Source: Eledone cirrhosa (taxonomy: Eukaryota). Taken from it: 64,000 nucleotides of DNA. Positions 42,901 through 59,500 of this stretch are shown here, in pieces. Below the pieces are notes generated by a model. It was not told the origin of the DNA and did not search any database. It saw nothing but the letters and a program-made list of their open reading frames with translations. The position numbers were made by a program, and so were the translations under genes. The stretch spans positions 212,598,001 to 212,662,000 of the forward strand of contig OZ024742.1 in the NCBI GenBank assembly GCA_964016885.1, in the 5' to 3' direction. Each line of letters opens with the position of its first letter. The first letter of the stretch is position 1.

Positions 42901-45900
42901 ATTGAAGACATCATCTATATTATGGTCTATGTATGTAGTGCTATAACTATGGCATAAGATTGAAGACATAATCTATATTATGTTCAATGTATGTAGTGCT
43001 ATAACTATGGAACAAGATTGAAGACATAATCGATATTATGGTCTATGTATGTAGTGCTATAACTATGGCACAAGATTGAAGACATAATCTATATTATGGT
43101 CTATGTATGTAGTGCTATAACTATGGAACAAGATTGAAGACAAAATCTATATTATGGTCTATGTATGTAGTGCTATAACTATGGAACAAGATTGAAGACA
43201 TAATCTATATTATGGTCTATGTATGTAGTGCTATAACTATGGCAAAAGATTGAAGACATAATCTATATTATGGTCTATGTATGTAGTGCTATAACTATGG
43301 AACAAGATTGAAGACATAATCTATATTATGCTCTATGTATGTAGTGCTATAACTATGGAACAAGATTGAAGACATAATCTATATTATGTTCTATGTATGT
43401 AGTGCTATAACTATGGAACAAGATTGAAGACAATCTATATATGGTCTATGTATGTAGTGCTATAACTATGGAACAAGATTGAAGACAATCTATATTATGT
43501 TCTATGTATGTAGTGCTATAACTATGGAACAAGATTGAAGACATAATCTATATTATGGTCTATGTATGTAGTGCTATAACTATGGAACAAGATTGAAGAC
43601 ATAATCAATATTATGGTCTATGTATGTATGTAGTGCTATAACTATGGCACAAGATTGAAGACATAATCTATATTATGGTTTATGTATGTCGTGCTATAAC
43701 TATGGAACAAGATTGAAGACATAATCTATATTATGGTCTATGTATGTAGTGCTATAACTATGGAACAAGATTGAAGACATAATCTATATTATGTTCTATG
43801 TATGTAGTGCTATAACTATGGAACAAGAACAAAGACATAATCTATATTATGTTCTATGTATGTAGTGCTATAACTATAGAAAAAGATTGAAGACATAATC
43901 TATATTATGGTCTATGTATGTAGTGCTATAATTATGGCACAAGATTGAAGACAATCTATATTATGTTCTATGTATGTAGTGCTATAACTATGGAACAAGA
44001 TTGAAGACATAATCTATATTATGGTCTATGTATGTAGTGCTATTACTATGGAACAAGATTGAAGACATAATCTATATTATGATCTATGTATGTAGTGCTA
44101 TAACTATGGCACAAGATTTAAGACATAATCTATATTATGGTCTATGTATGTAGTGCTACAACTATGGAACAAGATTGAAGACATAATCTATATTATGGTC
44201 TATGTATTTAGTGCTATAACTATGGAACAAGATTGAAGACATAATCTATATTATGTTCTATGTATGTAGTGCCATAACTATGGAACAAGATTGAAGACAT
44301 AATCTATATTATGTTCTATGTATGTAGTGCTATAACTATGGAACAAGATTGAAGACATAATCTATATTATGGTCTATGTATGTAGTGCTATAACTATGGC
44401 ACAAGATTGAAGACAATCTATATTATGGTCTATGTATGTAGTGCTATAACTATGGAACAAGATTGAAGACATAATCTATATATGGTTTATGTATGTAGTG
44501 CTATAACTATGGAACAAGATTGAAGACATAATCTATATTATGATTTATGTATGTAGTGCTATAACTATGGAACAAGATTGAAGACATAATCTATATCATG
44601 TTCTATGTATGTAGTGCTATAACTATGGAACAAGATTGAAGACATAATCTATATTATGGTCTATGTATGTAGTGCTATAACTATGGCACAAGATTGAAGA
44701 CAATCTATATTATGGTCTATGTATGTAGTTCTATAACTATGGAACAAGATTGAAGACATCATCTATATTATGGTCTATGTATGTAGTGCTATAACTATGG
44801 CAAAAGATTGAAGACATAATCTATATTATGTTCTATGTATGTAGTGCTATAACTATGGAACAAGATTGAAGACATAATCTATATTATGTTCTATGTATGT
44901 AGTGCTATAACTATGGAACAAGATCGAAGACATAATCTATATTATGTTCTATGTATGTAGTGCTATAACTATGGAACAAGATTGAAGACATAATCTATAT
45001 TATGGTCTATGTATGTAGTGCTATAACTATGGCAAAAGATTGAAGACATAATCGATATTATGGTATATGTATGTAGTGCTATAACTATGGAACAAGATTG
45101 AAGACATAATCTATATATGGTCTATGTATGTAGTGCTATAACTATGGAACAAGATTGAAGACATAATCTATATTATGTTCTATGTATGTAGTGCTATAAC
45201 TATGGAACAAGATTGAAGACATAATCTATATTATGTTCTATGTATGTAGTGCTATAACTATGGAATAAGATTGAAGACATAATCTATATTATGGTCTATG
45301 TATGTAGTGCTATAACTATGGAACAAGATTGAAGACATAATCTATATTATGGTCTATGTTTGTAGTGCCATAACTATGGCAAAAGATTGAAGACATAATC
45401 TATATTATGGTCTATGTATGTATTGCTATAACTATGGAACAAGATTGAAGACATAATCTATATTATGGTCTATGTATGTAGTGCTATAACTATGGAACAA
45501 GATTGAAGACATAATCTATATTATGTTCTATGTATGTAGTGCTATAACTATGGAACAAGATTGAAGACATAATCTATATATGGTCTATGTATGTAGTGCT
45601 ATAACGATGGAGCAAGATTGAAGACATAATCTATATTATGTTCTATGTATGTAGTGCTATAACTATGGAACAAGATTGTAGACATAATCTATATTATGTT
45701 CTATGTATGTAGTGCTAGAACTACGGAACAAGATTGAAGACATAATCTATATATGGTCTATGTATGTAGTGCTATAACTATGGAACAAGATTGAAGACAT
45801 AATCTATATTATGTTCTATGTATGTAGTGCCATAACTATGGAACAAGATTGAAGACATAATCTATATTATGTTCTATGTATGTAGTGCCATAACTATGGA

Positions 45901-47560
45901 ACAAGATTGAAGACATAATCTATATTATGTTCTATGTATGTAGTGCTATAACTATGGAACAAGATCGAAGACATAATCTATATTATGTTCTATGTATGTA
46001 GTGCTATAACTATGGAACAAGATTGAAGACATAATCTATATTATGGTCTATGTATGTAGTGCTATAACTATGGCAAAAGATTGAAGACATAATCAATATT
46101 ATGGTCTATGTATGTAGTGCTATAACTATGGAACAAGATTGAAGACATAATCTATATATGGTCTATGTATGTAGTGCTATAACTATGGAACAAGATTGAA
46201 GACATAATCTATATTATGTTCTATGTATGTAGTGCTATAACTATGGAACAAGATTGAAGACATAATCTATATTATGTTCTATGTATGTAGTGCTATAACT
46301 ATGGAATAAGATTGAAGACATAATCTATATTATGGTCTATGTATGTAGTGCTATAACTATGGAACAAGATTGAAGACATAATCTATATTATGGTCTATGT
46401 TTGTAGTGCCATAACTATGGCAAAAGATTGAAGACATAATCTATATTATGGTCTATGTATGTATTGCTATAACTATGGAACAAGATTGAAGACATAATCT
46501 ATATTATGGTCTATGTATGTAGTGCTATAACTATGGAACAAGATTGAAGACATAATCTATATTATGTTCTATGTATGTAGTGCTATAACTATGGAACAAG
46601 ATTGAAGACATAATCTATATATGGTCTATGTATGTAGTGCTATAACGATGGAACAAGATTGAAGACATAATCTATATTATGTTCTATGTATGTAGTGCTA
46701 TAACTATGGAACAAGATTGAAGACATAATCTATATTATGTTCTATGTATGTAGTGCTAGAACTACGGAACAAGATTGAAGACATAATCTATATATGGTCT
46801 ATGTATGTAGTGCTATAACTATGGAACAAGATTGAAGACATAATCTATATTATGTTCTATGTATGTAGTGCCATAACTATGGAACAAGATTGAAGACATA
46901 ATCTATATTATGTTCTATGTATGTAGTGCTATAACTATGGAACATGATCGAAGACATAATCTATATTATGTTCTATGTATGTAGTGCTATAACTATGGAA
47001 CAAGATTGAAGACATAATCTATATTATGTTCTATGTATGTAGTGCTATAACTATGGAATAAGATTGAAGACATAATCTATATTATGGTCTATGTATGTAG
47101 TGCTATAACTATGGAACAAGATTGAAGACATAATCTATATTATGGTCTATGTATGTAGTGCTATAACTATGGAACAAGATTGAAGACATAATCTATATTA
47201 TGGTCTATGTATGTAGTGCTATAACTATGGAACAAGATTGAAGACATAATCTATATTATGTTCTATGTATGTAGTGCTATAACTATGGAACAAGATTGAA
47301 GACATAATCTATATATGGTCTATATATGTAGTGCTATAACGATGGAACAAGATTGAAGACATAATCTATATTATGTTCTATGTATGTAGTGCTATAACTA
47401 TGGAACAAGATTGAAGACATAATCTATATTATGTTCTATGAATGTAGTGCTATAACTACGGAACAAGATTGAAGACATAATCTATATATGGTCTATGTAT
47501 GTAGTGCTATAACTATGGAACAAGATTGAAGACATAATCTATATTATGTTCTATGTATGT
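33950..47560. repeat. Macro-repeat copy 2
   Basis: Collinear with copy 1 up to about 46.1 kb, and with copy 3 from about 34.43 kb at an offset of 13,121-13,122 bp. Confidence 0.9.
44760..47560. repeat. Block C higher-order repeat (18-mer then 12-mer); also at about 57.9-60.7 kb and truncated at about 32.6-33.95 kb
   Basis: The C of TAACGATGG is at 45605, 46646 and 47340 (spacings 1,041 and 694 bp). Block-specific variants include GGAATAAG, TTTGTAGTGCC, CTAGAACTACGG and GGTATATG. Confidence 0.82.
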
Positions 47561-50500
47561 AGTGCTATAACTATGGAACAAGATTGAAGACATAATCTAT
47601 ATTATGCTCTATGTATGTAGTGCTATAACTATGGCACAAGATTAAAGACATAATCTATATTATCTTCTACGTATGTAGTGCTATAACTATGGAACAAGAT
47701 TGAAGACATAATCTATATTATGGTCTATGTATGTAGTGCTATTACTATGGAACAAGATTGAAGACATAATCTATATTATGATCTATGTATGTAGTGCTAT
47801 AACTATGGCACAAGATTTAAGACATAATCTATATTATGGTCTATGTATGTAGTGCTACAACTATGGAACAAGATTGAAGACATAATCTATATTATGGTCT
47901 ATGTATGTAGTGCTATAACTATGGAACAAGATTGAAGACATAATCTATATTATGTTCTATGTATGTAGTGCCATAACTATGGAACAAGATTGAAGACATA
48001 ATCTATATTATGTTCTATGTATGTAGTGCTATAACTATGGAACAAGATTGAAGACATAATCTATATTATGGTCTATGTATGTAGTGCTATAACTATGGCA
48101 CAAGATTGAAGACAATCTATATTATGGTCTATGTATGTAGTGCTATAACTATGGAACAAGATTGAAGACATAATCTATATATGGTTTATGTATGTAGTGC
48201 TATAACTATGGAACAAGATTGAAGACATAATCTATATTATGATTTATGTATGTAGTGCTATAAGTATGGAACAAGATTGAAGACATAATCTATATCATGT
48301 TCTATGTATGTAGTGCTATAACTATGGAACAAGATTGAAGACATAATCTATATTATGGTCTATGTATGTAGTGCTATAACTATGGCACAAGATTGAAGAC
48401 AATCTATATTATGGTCTATGTATGTAGTTCTATAACTATGGAACAAGATTGAAGACATCATCTATATTATCTTCTATGTATGTAGTGCTATAACTATGGA
48501 ACAAGATTGAAGACATAATCTATATTATGTTCTATGTATGTAGTGCTATAACTATGGCACAAGATTGAAGACATAATCTATATTATGGTCTATGTATGTA
48601 TTGCTATAACTATGGAACAAGATTGAAGACATAATCTATATAAAGTCTATGTATGTAGTGCTACAACTATGGAACAAGAATGAAGACATAATCTATATTA
48701 TGTTCTATGTATGTAGTGCTATAACTATGGAACAAGATTGAAGACATAATCTATATTATGGTCTATGTATGTAGTGCTATAACTATGGAACAAGATTGAA
48801 GACATAATCTATATTATGGTCTATGTATGTAGTGCTATAGCTATGGAACAAGATTGAAGACAATCTATATTATGTTCTATGTATGTAGTGCTATAACTAT
48901 GGAACAAGATTGAAGACATAATCTATATTATGGTCTATGTATGTAGTGCTATAACTATGGAACAAGATTGAAGACATAATCTATATTATGGTCTATGTAT
49001 GTAGTGCTATAACTATGACACAAGATTGAAGACAATCTATATTATGGTCTATGTATGTAGTGCCATAACTATGGAACAAGATTGAAGACATAATCTATAT
49101 CATGTTCTATGTATGTAGTGCTATAACTATGGAACAAGATTGAAGACATAATCTATATTATGCTCTATGTATGTAGTGCTATAACTATGGCACAAGATTA
49201 AAGACATAATCTATATTATCTTCTACGTATGTAGTGCTATAACTATGGAACAAGATTGAAGACATAATCTATATTATGGTCTATGTATGTAGTGCTATAA
49301 CTATGGAACAAGATTGAAGACATAATCTACATTATGGTCTATGTATGCAGTGCTATAACTATGGCACAAGATTGAAAACATAATCTATATTATGGTCTAT
49401 GTATGTAGTGCTATAACTATGGAACAAGATTGAAGACATAATCTATATTATGGTTTATGTATGTAGTGCTATAACTATGGAACAAGATTGAAGACATAAT
49501 CTATATTATGGTCTATGTATGTAGTGCTATAACTATGGAACAAGATTGAAGACATAATCTATATTATGGTTTATGTATGTAGTGCTATAACTATGGAACA
49601 AGATTGAAGACATAATCTATATTATGATTTATGTATGTAGTGCTATAACTATGGAACAAGATTGAAGACATAATCTATATCATGTTCTATGTATGTAGTG
49701 CTATAACTATGGAACAAGATAGAAGACATAATCTATATTATGGTCTATGTATGTAGTGCTATAACTATGGCACAAGATTGAAGACAATCTATATTATGGT
49801 CTATGTATGTAGTTCTATAACTATGGAACAAGATTGAAGACATCATCTATATTATGTTCTATGTATGTAGTGCTACAACTATGGAACAAGATTGAAGACA
49901 TAATCTATATTATGTTCTATGTATGTAGTGCTATAACTATGGCACAAGATTGAAGACATAATCTATATTATGGTCTATGTATGTATTGCTATAACTATGG
50001 AACAAGATTGAAGACATAATCTATATAAAGGTCTATGTATGTAGTGCTACAACTATGGAACAAGATTGAAGACATAATCTATATTATGTTCTATGTATGT
50101 AGTGCTATAACTATGGAACAAGATTGAAGACATAATCTATATTATGGTCTATGTATGTAGTGCTATAACTATGGAACAAGATTGAAGACATAATCTATAT
50201 TATGGTCTATGTAAATAGTGCTATAGCTATGGAACAAGATTGAAGACAATCTATATTATGTTCTATGTATGTAGTGCTATAACTATGGAACAAGATTGAA
50301 GACATAATCTATATTATGGTCTATGTATGTATTGCTATAACTATGGAACAAGATTGAAGACATAATCTATATTATGGTCTATGTATGTAGTGCTATAACT
50401 ATGGCACAAGATTGAAGACAATCTATATTATGGTCTATGTATGTAGTGCTATAACTATGGAACAAGATTGAAGACATAATCTATATCATGTTCTATGTAT

Positions 50501-53500
50501 GTAGTGCTATAACTATGGAACAAGATTGAAGACATAATCTATATTATGCTCTATGTATGTAGTGCTATAACTATGGCACAAGATTAAAGACATAATCTAT
50601 ATTATCTTCTACGTATGTAGTGCTATAACTATGGAACAAGATTGAAGACATAATCTATATTATGGTCTATGTATGTAGTGCTATAACTATGGAACAAGAT
50701 TGAAGACATAATCTATATTATGGTCTATGTATGCAGTGCTATAACTATGGCACAAGATTGAAAACATAATCTATATTATGGTCTATGTATGTAGTGCTAT
50801 AACTATGGAACAAGATTGAAGACATAATCTATATTATGGTCTATGTATGTAGTGCTATAACTATGGAACAAGATTGAAGACATAATCTATATTATGTTCT
50901 ATGGATGTAGTGCTATAATTATGGAACAAGATTGAAGACATAATCTATATTATGTTCTATGTATGTAGTGCTATAACTATGGAACAAGATTGAAGACATG
51001 ATCTATATTATGGTCTATGTATGTAGTGCTATAACTATGGAACAAGATTGAAGACATAATCTATATTATGGTCTATGTATGTAGTGCTATAACTATGGCA
51101 CAAGATTGAAGACATAATCTATATTATGGTTTATGTATGTAGTGCTATAACTATGGAACAAGATTGAAGACATAATCTATATTATGTTCTATGTATGTAG
51201 TGCTATAACTATGGAACAAGATTGAAGACATAATCTATATATGGTCTATGTATGTAGTGCTATAACTATGGAACAAGATTGAAGACATAATCTATATTAT
51301 GTTCTATGTATGTAGTGCTATAACTATGGAACAAGATCGAAGACATAATCTATATTATGTTCTACGTATGTAGTGCTATAACTATAGAACAAGATTGAAG
51401 ACATAATCTATATTATGGTCTATGTATGTAGTGCTATAACTATGGCATAAGATTGAAGACATAATCTATATTATGTTCTATGTATGTAGTGCTATAACTA
51501 TGGAACAAGATTGAAGACATAATCTATATTATGGTCTATGTATGTAGTGCTATAACTATGGCACAAGATTGAAGACATAATCTATATTATGGTCTATGTA
51601 TGTAGTGCTATAACTATGGAACAAGATTGAAGACATAATCTATATTATGTTCTATGTATGTAGTACTATAACTATGGAACAAGATTGAAGACATAATCTA
51701 TATTATGGTCTATGTATGTAGTGCTATAACTATGGCAAAAGATTGAAGACATAATCTATATTATGGTCTATGTATGTAGTGCTATAACTATGGAACAAGA
51801 TTGAAGACATAATCTATATTATGTTCTATGTATGTAGTGCTATAACTATGGAACAAGATTGAAGACATAATCTATATTATGTTCTATGTATGTAGTGCTA
51901 TAACTATGGAACAAGATTGAAGACATAATCTATATATGGTCTATGTATGTAGTGCTATAACTATGGAACAAGATTGAAGACATAATCTATATTATGTTCT
52001 ATGTATGTAGTGCTATAACTATGAAACAAGATTGAAGACATAATCTATATTATGGTCTATGTATGTAGTGCTATAACTATGGAACAAGATTGAAGACATA
52101 ATCTATATTATGGTCTATGTATGTAGTGCTATAACTATGGCAAAAGATTGAAGACATAATCGATATTATGGTCTATGTATGTAGTGCTATAACTATGGAA
52201 CAAGATTGAAGACATAATTTATATATGGTCTATGTATGTAGTGCTATAACTATGGAACAAGATTGAAGACATAATCTATATTATGTTCTATGTATGTAGT
52301 GCTATAACTATGGAACAAGATTGAAGACATAATCTATATTATGTTCTATGTATGTAGTGCTATAACTATGGAACAAGATTGAAGACATAATCTATATTAT
52401 GTTCTATGTATGTAGTGCTATAACTATGGAACAAGATTGAAGACATAATCTATATTATGGTCTATGTATGTAGTGCTATAACTATGGAACAAGATTGAAG
52501 ACATAATCAATATTATGGTCTATGTATGTAGTGCTATAACTATGGCACAAGATTGAAGACATAATCTATATTATGGTTTATGTTTGTCGTGCTATAACTA
52601 TGGAACAAGATTGAAGACATAATCTATATTATGTTCTATGTATGTAGTGCTATAACTATGGAACAAGATTGAAGACATAATCTATATATGGTCTATGTAT
52701 GTAGTGCTATAACTATGGAACAAGATTGAAGACATAATCTATATTATGTTCTATGTATGTAGTGCTATAACTATGGAACAAGATTGAAGACATAATCTAT
52801 ATTATGTTCTATGTATGTAGTGGTATAACTATGAAACAAGATCAAAGACATAATCTATATTATGTTCTATGTATGTAGTGCTATAACTATGGAACAAGAT
52901 TGAAGACATAATCTATATTATGGTCTATGTATGTAGTGCTATAACTATGGAACAAGATTGAAGACATAATCTATATTATGGTCCATGTATGTAGTGCTAT
53001 AACTATGGCACAAGATTGAAGACATAATCTATATTATGGTTTATGTATGTAGTGCTATAACTATGGAACAAGATTGAAGACATAATCTATATTATGTTCT
53101 ATGTATGTAGTGCTATAGCTATGGAACAAGATTGAAGACATAATCTATATATGGTCTATGTATGTAGTGCTACAACTATGGAACAAGATTGAAGACATAA
53201 TCTATATTATGTTCTATGTATGTAGTGCTATAACTATGGAACAAGATCGAAGACATAATCTATATTATGATCTACGTATGTAGTGCTATAACTATAGAAC
53301 AAGATTGAAGACATCATCTATATTATGGTCTATGTATGTAGTGCTATAACTATGGCATAAGATTGAAGACATAATCTATATTATGTTCAATGTATGTAGT
53401 GCTATAACTATGGAACAAGATTGAAGACATAATCTATATTATGGTCTATGTATGTAGTGCTATAACTATGGCACAAGATTGAAGACATAATCTATATTAT

Positions 53501-56500
53501 GGTCTATGTATGTAGTGCTATAACTATGGAACAAGATTGAAGACAAAATCTATATTATGGTCTATGTATGTAGTGCTATAACTATGGAACAAGATTGAAG
53601 ACATAATCTATATTATGGTCTATGTATGTAGTGCTATAACTATGGCAAAAGATTGAAGACATAATCTATATTATGGTCTATGTATGTAGTGCTATAACTA
53701 TGGAACAAGATTGAAGACATAATCTATATTATGCTCTATGTATGTAGTGCTATAACTATGGAACAAGATTGAAGACATAATCTATATTATGTTCTATGTA
53801 TGTAGTGCTATAACTATGGAACAAGATTGAAGACAATCTATATATGGTCTATGTATGTAGTGCTATAACTATGGAACAAGATTGAAGACATAATCTATAT
53901 TATGTTCTATGTATGTAGTGCTATAACTATGAAACAAGATTGAAGACAATCTATATTATGTTCTATGTATGTAGTGCTATAACTATGGAACAAGATTGAA
54001 GACATAATCTATATTATGGTCTATGTATGTAGTGCTATAACTATGGAACAAGATTGAAGACATAATCAATATTATGGTCTATGTATGTATGTAGTGCTAT
54101 AACTATGGCACAAGATTGAAGACATAATCTATATTATGGTTTATGTATGTCGTGCTATAACTATGGAACAAGATTGAAGACATAATCTAAATATGGTCTA
54201 TGTATGTAGTGCTATAACTATGGAACAAGATTGAAGACATAATCTATATTATGTTCTATGTATGTAGTGCTATAACTATGGAACAAGATCAAAGACATAA
54301 TCTATATTATGTTCTATGTATGTAGTGCTATAACTATAGAAAAAGATTGAAGACATAATCTATATTATGGTCTATGTATGTAGTGCTATAAGTATGGCAC
54401 AAGATTGAAGACAATCTATATTATGTTCTATGTATGTAGTGCTATAACTATGGAACAAGATTGAAGACATAATCTATATTATGGTCTATGTATGTAGTGC
54501 TATTACTATGGAACAAGATTGAAGACATAATCTATATTATGTTCTATGTATGTAGTGCTATAACTATGGAACAAGATTGAAGACATAATCTATATTATGT
54601 TCTATGTATGTAGTGCTATAACTATGGAACAAGATTGAAGACATAATCTATATATGGTCTATGTATGTAGTGCTATAACTATGGAACAAGATTGAAGACA
54701 TAATCTATATTATGTTCTATGTATGTAGTGCTATAACTATGAAACAAGATTGAAGACATAATCTATATTATGGTCTATGTATGTAGTGCTATAACTATGG
54801 AACAAGATTGAAGACATAATCTATATTATGGTCTATGTATGTAGTGCTATAACTATGGCAAAAGATTGAAGACATAATCGATATTATGGTCTATGTATGT
54901 AGTGCTATAACTATGGAACAAGATTGAAGACATAATTTATATATGGTCTATGTATGTAGTGCTATAACTATGGAACAAGATTGAAGACATAATCTATATT
55001 ATGTTCTATGTATGTAGTGCTATAACTATGGAACAAGATTGAAGACATAATCTATATTATGTTCTATGTATGTAGTGCTATAACTATGGAACAAGATTGA
55101 AGACATAATCTATATTATGTTCTATGTATGTAGTGCTATAACTATGGAACAAGATTGAAGACATAATCTATATTATGGTCTATGTATGTAGTGCTATAAC
55201 TATGGAACAAGATTGAAGACATAATCAATATTATGGTCTATGTATGTAGTGCTATAACTATGGCACAAGATTGAAGACATAATCTATATTATGGTTTATG
55301 TTTGTCGTGCTATAACTATGGAACAAGATTGAAGACATAATCTATATTATGTTCTATGTATGTAGTGCTATAACTATGGAACAAGATTGAAGACATAATC
55401 TATATATGGTCTATGTATGTAGTGCTATAACTATGGAACAAGATTGAAGACATAATCTATATTATGTTCTATGTATGTAGTGCTATAACTATGGAACAAG
55501 ATTGAAGACATAATCTATATTATGTTCTATGTATGTAGTGGTATAACTATGAAACAAGATCAAAGACATAATCTATATTATGTTCTATGTATGTAGTGCT
55601 ATAACTATGGAACAAGATTGAAGACATAATCTATATTATGGTCTATGTATGTAGTGCTATAACTATGGAACAAGATTGAAGACATAATCTATATTATGGT
55701 CCATGTATGTAGTGCTATAACTATGGCACAAGATTGAAGACATAATCTATATTATGGTTTATGTATGTAGTGCTATAACTATGGAACAAGATTGAAGACA
55801 TAATCTATATTATGTTCTATGTATGTAGTGCTATAGCTATGGAACAAGATTGAAGACATAATCTATATATGGTCTATGTATGTAGTGCTACAACTATGGA
55901 ACAAGATTGAAGACATAATCTATATTATGTTCTATGTATGTAGTGCTATAACTATGGAACAAGATCGAAGACATAATCTATATTATGATCTACGTATGTA
56001 GTGCTATAACTATAGAACAAGATTGAAGACATCATCTATATTATGGTCTATGTATGTAGTGCTATAACTATGGCATAAGATTGAAGACATAATCTATATT
56101 ATGTTCAATGTATGTAGTGCTATAACTATGGAACAAGATTGAAGACATAATCGATATTATGGTCTATGTATGTAGTGCTATAACTATGGCACAAGATTGA
56201 AGACATAATCTATATTATGGTCTATGTATGTAGTGCTATAACTATGGAACAAGATTGAAGACAAAATCTATATTATGGTCTATGTATGTAGTGCTATAAC
56301 TATGGAACAAGATTGAAGACATAATCTATATTATGGTCTATGTATGTAGTGCTATAACTATGGCAAAAGATTGAAGACATAATCTATATTATGGTCTATG
56401 TATGTAGTGCTATAACTATGGAACAAGATTGAAGACATAATCTATATTATGCTCTATGTATGTAGTGCTATAACTATGGAACAAGATTGAAGACATAATC

Positions 56501-59500
56501 TATATTATGTTCTATGTATGTAGTGCTATAACTATGGAACAAGATTGAAGACAATCTATATATGGTCTATGTATGTAGTGCTATAACTATGGAACAAGAT
56601 TGAAGACAATCTATATTATGTTCTATGTATGTAGTGCTATAACTATGGAACAAGATTGAAGACATAATCTATATTATGGTCTATGTATGTAGTGCTATAA
56701 CTATGGAACAAGATTGAAGACATAATCAATATTATGGTCTATGTATGTATGTAGTGCTATAACTATGGCACAAGATTGAAGACATAATCTATATTATGGT
56801 TTATGTATGTCGTGCTATAACTATGGAACAAGATTGAAGACATAATCTATATTATGGTCTATGTATGTAGTGCTATAACTATGGAACAAGATTGAAGACA
56901 TAATCTATATTATGTTCTATGTATGTAGTGCTATAACTATGGAACAAGAACAAAGACATAATCTATATTATGTTCTATGTATGTAGTGCTATAACTATAG
57001 AAAAAGATTGAAGACATAATCTATATTATGGTCTATGTATGTAGTGCTATAATTATGGCACAAGATTGAAGACAATCTATATTATGTTCTATGTATGTAG
57101 TGCTATAACTATGGAACAAGATTGAAGACATAATCTATATTATGGTCTATGTATGTAGTGCTATTACTATGGAACAAGATTGAAGACATAATCTATATTA
57201 TGATCTATGTATGTAGTGCTATAACTATGGCACAAGATTTAAGACATAATCTATATTATGGTCTATGTATGTAGTGCTACAACTATGGAACAAGATTGAA
57301 GACATAATCTATATTATGGTCTATGTATTTAGTGCTATAACTATGGAACAAGATTGAAGACATAATCTATATTATGTTCTATGTATGTAGTGCCATAACT
57401 ATGGAACAAGATTGAAGACATAATCTATATTATGTTCTATGTATGTAGTGCTATAACTATGGAACAAGATTGAAGACATAATCTATATTATGGTCTATGT
57501 ATGTAGTGCTATAACTATGGCACAAGATTGAAGACAATCTATATTATGGTCTATGTATGTAGTGCTATAACTATGGAACAAGATTGAAGACATAATCTAT
57601 ATATGGTTTATGTATGTAGTGCTATAACTATGGAACAAGATTGAAGACATAATCTATATTATGATTTATGTATGTAGTGCTATAACTATGGAACAAGATT
57701 GAAGACATAATCTATATCATGTTCTATGTATGTAGTGCTATAACTATGGAACAAGATTGAAGACATAATCTATATTATGGTCTATGTATGTAGTGCTATA
57801 ACTATGGCACAAGATTGAAGACAATCTATATTATGGTCTATGTATGTAGTTCTATAACTATGGAACAAGATTGAAGACATCATCTATATTATGGTCTATG
57901 TATGTAGTGCTATAACTATGGCAAAAGATTGAAGACATAATCTATATTATGTTCTATGTATGTAGTGCTATAACTATGGAACAAGATTGAAGACATAATC
58001 TATATTATGTTCTATGTATGTAGTGCTATAACTATGGAACAAGATCGAAGACATAATCTATATTATGTTCTATGTATGTAGTGCTATAACTATGGAACAA
58101 GATTGAAGACATAATCTATATTATGGTCTATGTATGTAGTGCTATAACTATGGCAAAAGATTGAAGACATAATCGATATTATGGTATATGTATGTAGTGC
58201 TATAACTATGGAACAAGATTGAAGACATAATCTATATATGGTCTATGTATGTAGTGCTATAACTATGGAACAAGATTGAAGACATAATCTATATTATGTT
58301 CTATGTATGTAGTGCTATAACTATGGAACAAGATTGAAGACATAATCTATATTATGTTCTATGTATGTAGTGCTATAACTATGGAATAAGATTGAAGACA
58401 TAATCTATATTATGGTCTATGTATGTAGTGCTATAACTATGGAACAAGATTGAAGACATAATCTATATTATGGTCTATGTTTGTAGTGCCATAACTATGG
58501 CAAAAGATTGAAGACATAATCTATATTATGGTCTATGTATGTATTGCTATAACTATGGAACAAGATTGAAGACATAATCTATATTATGGTCTATGTATGT
58601 AGTGCTATAACTATGGAACAAGATTGAAGACATAATCTATATTATGTTCTATGTATGTAGTGCTATAACTATGGAACAAGATTGAAGACATAATCTATAT
58701 ATGGTCTATGTATGTAGTGCTATAACGATGGAACAAGATTGAAGACATAATCTATATTATGTTCTATGTATGTAGTGCTATAACTATGGAACAAGATTGT
58801 AGACATAATCTATATTATGTTCTATGTATGTAGTGCTAGAACTACGGAACAAGATTGAAGACATAATCTATATATGGTCTATGTATGTAGTGCTATAACT
58901 ATGGAACAAGATTGAAGACATAATCTATATTATGTTCTATGTATGTAGTGCCATAACTATGGAACAAGATTGAAGACATAATCTATATTATGTTCTATGT
59001 ATGTAGTGCCATAACTATGGAACAAGATTGAAGACATAATCTATATTATGTTCTATGTATGTAGTGCTATAACTATGGAACAAGATCGAAGACATAATCT
59101 ATATTATGTTCTATGTATGTAGTGCTATAACTATGGAACAAGATTGAAGACATAATCTATATTATGGTCTATGTATGTAGTGCTATAACTATGGCAAAAG
59201 ATTGAAGACATAATCAATATTATGGTCTATGTATGTAGTGCTATAACTATGGAACAAGATTGAAGACATAATCTATATATGGTCTATGTATGTAGTGCTA
59301 TAACTATGGAACAAGATTGAAGACATAATCTATATTATGTTCTATGTATGTAGTGCTATAACTATGGAACAAGATTGAAGACATAATCTATATTATGTTC
59401 TATGTATGTAGTGCTATAACTATGGAATAAGATTGAAGACATAATCTATATTATGGTCTATGTATGTAGTGCTATAACTATGGAACAAGATTGAAGACAT

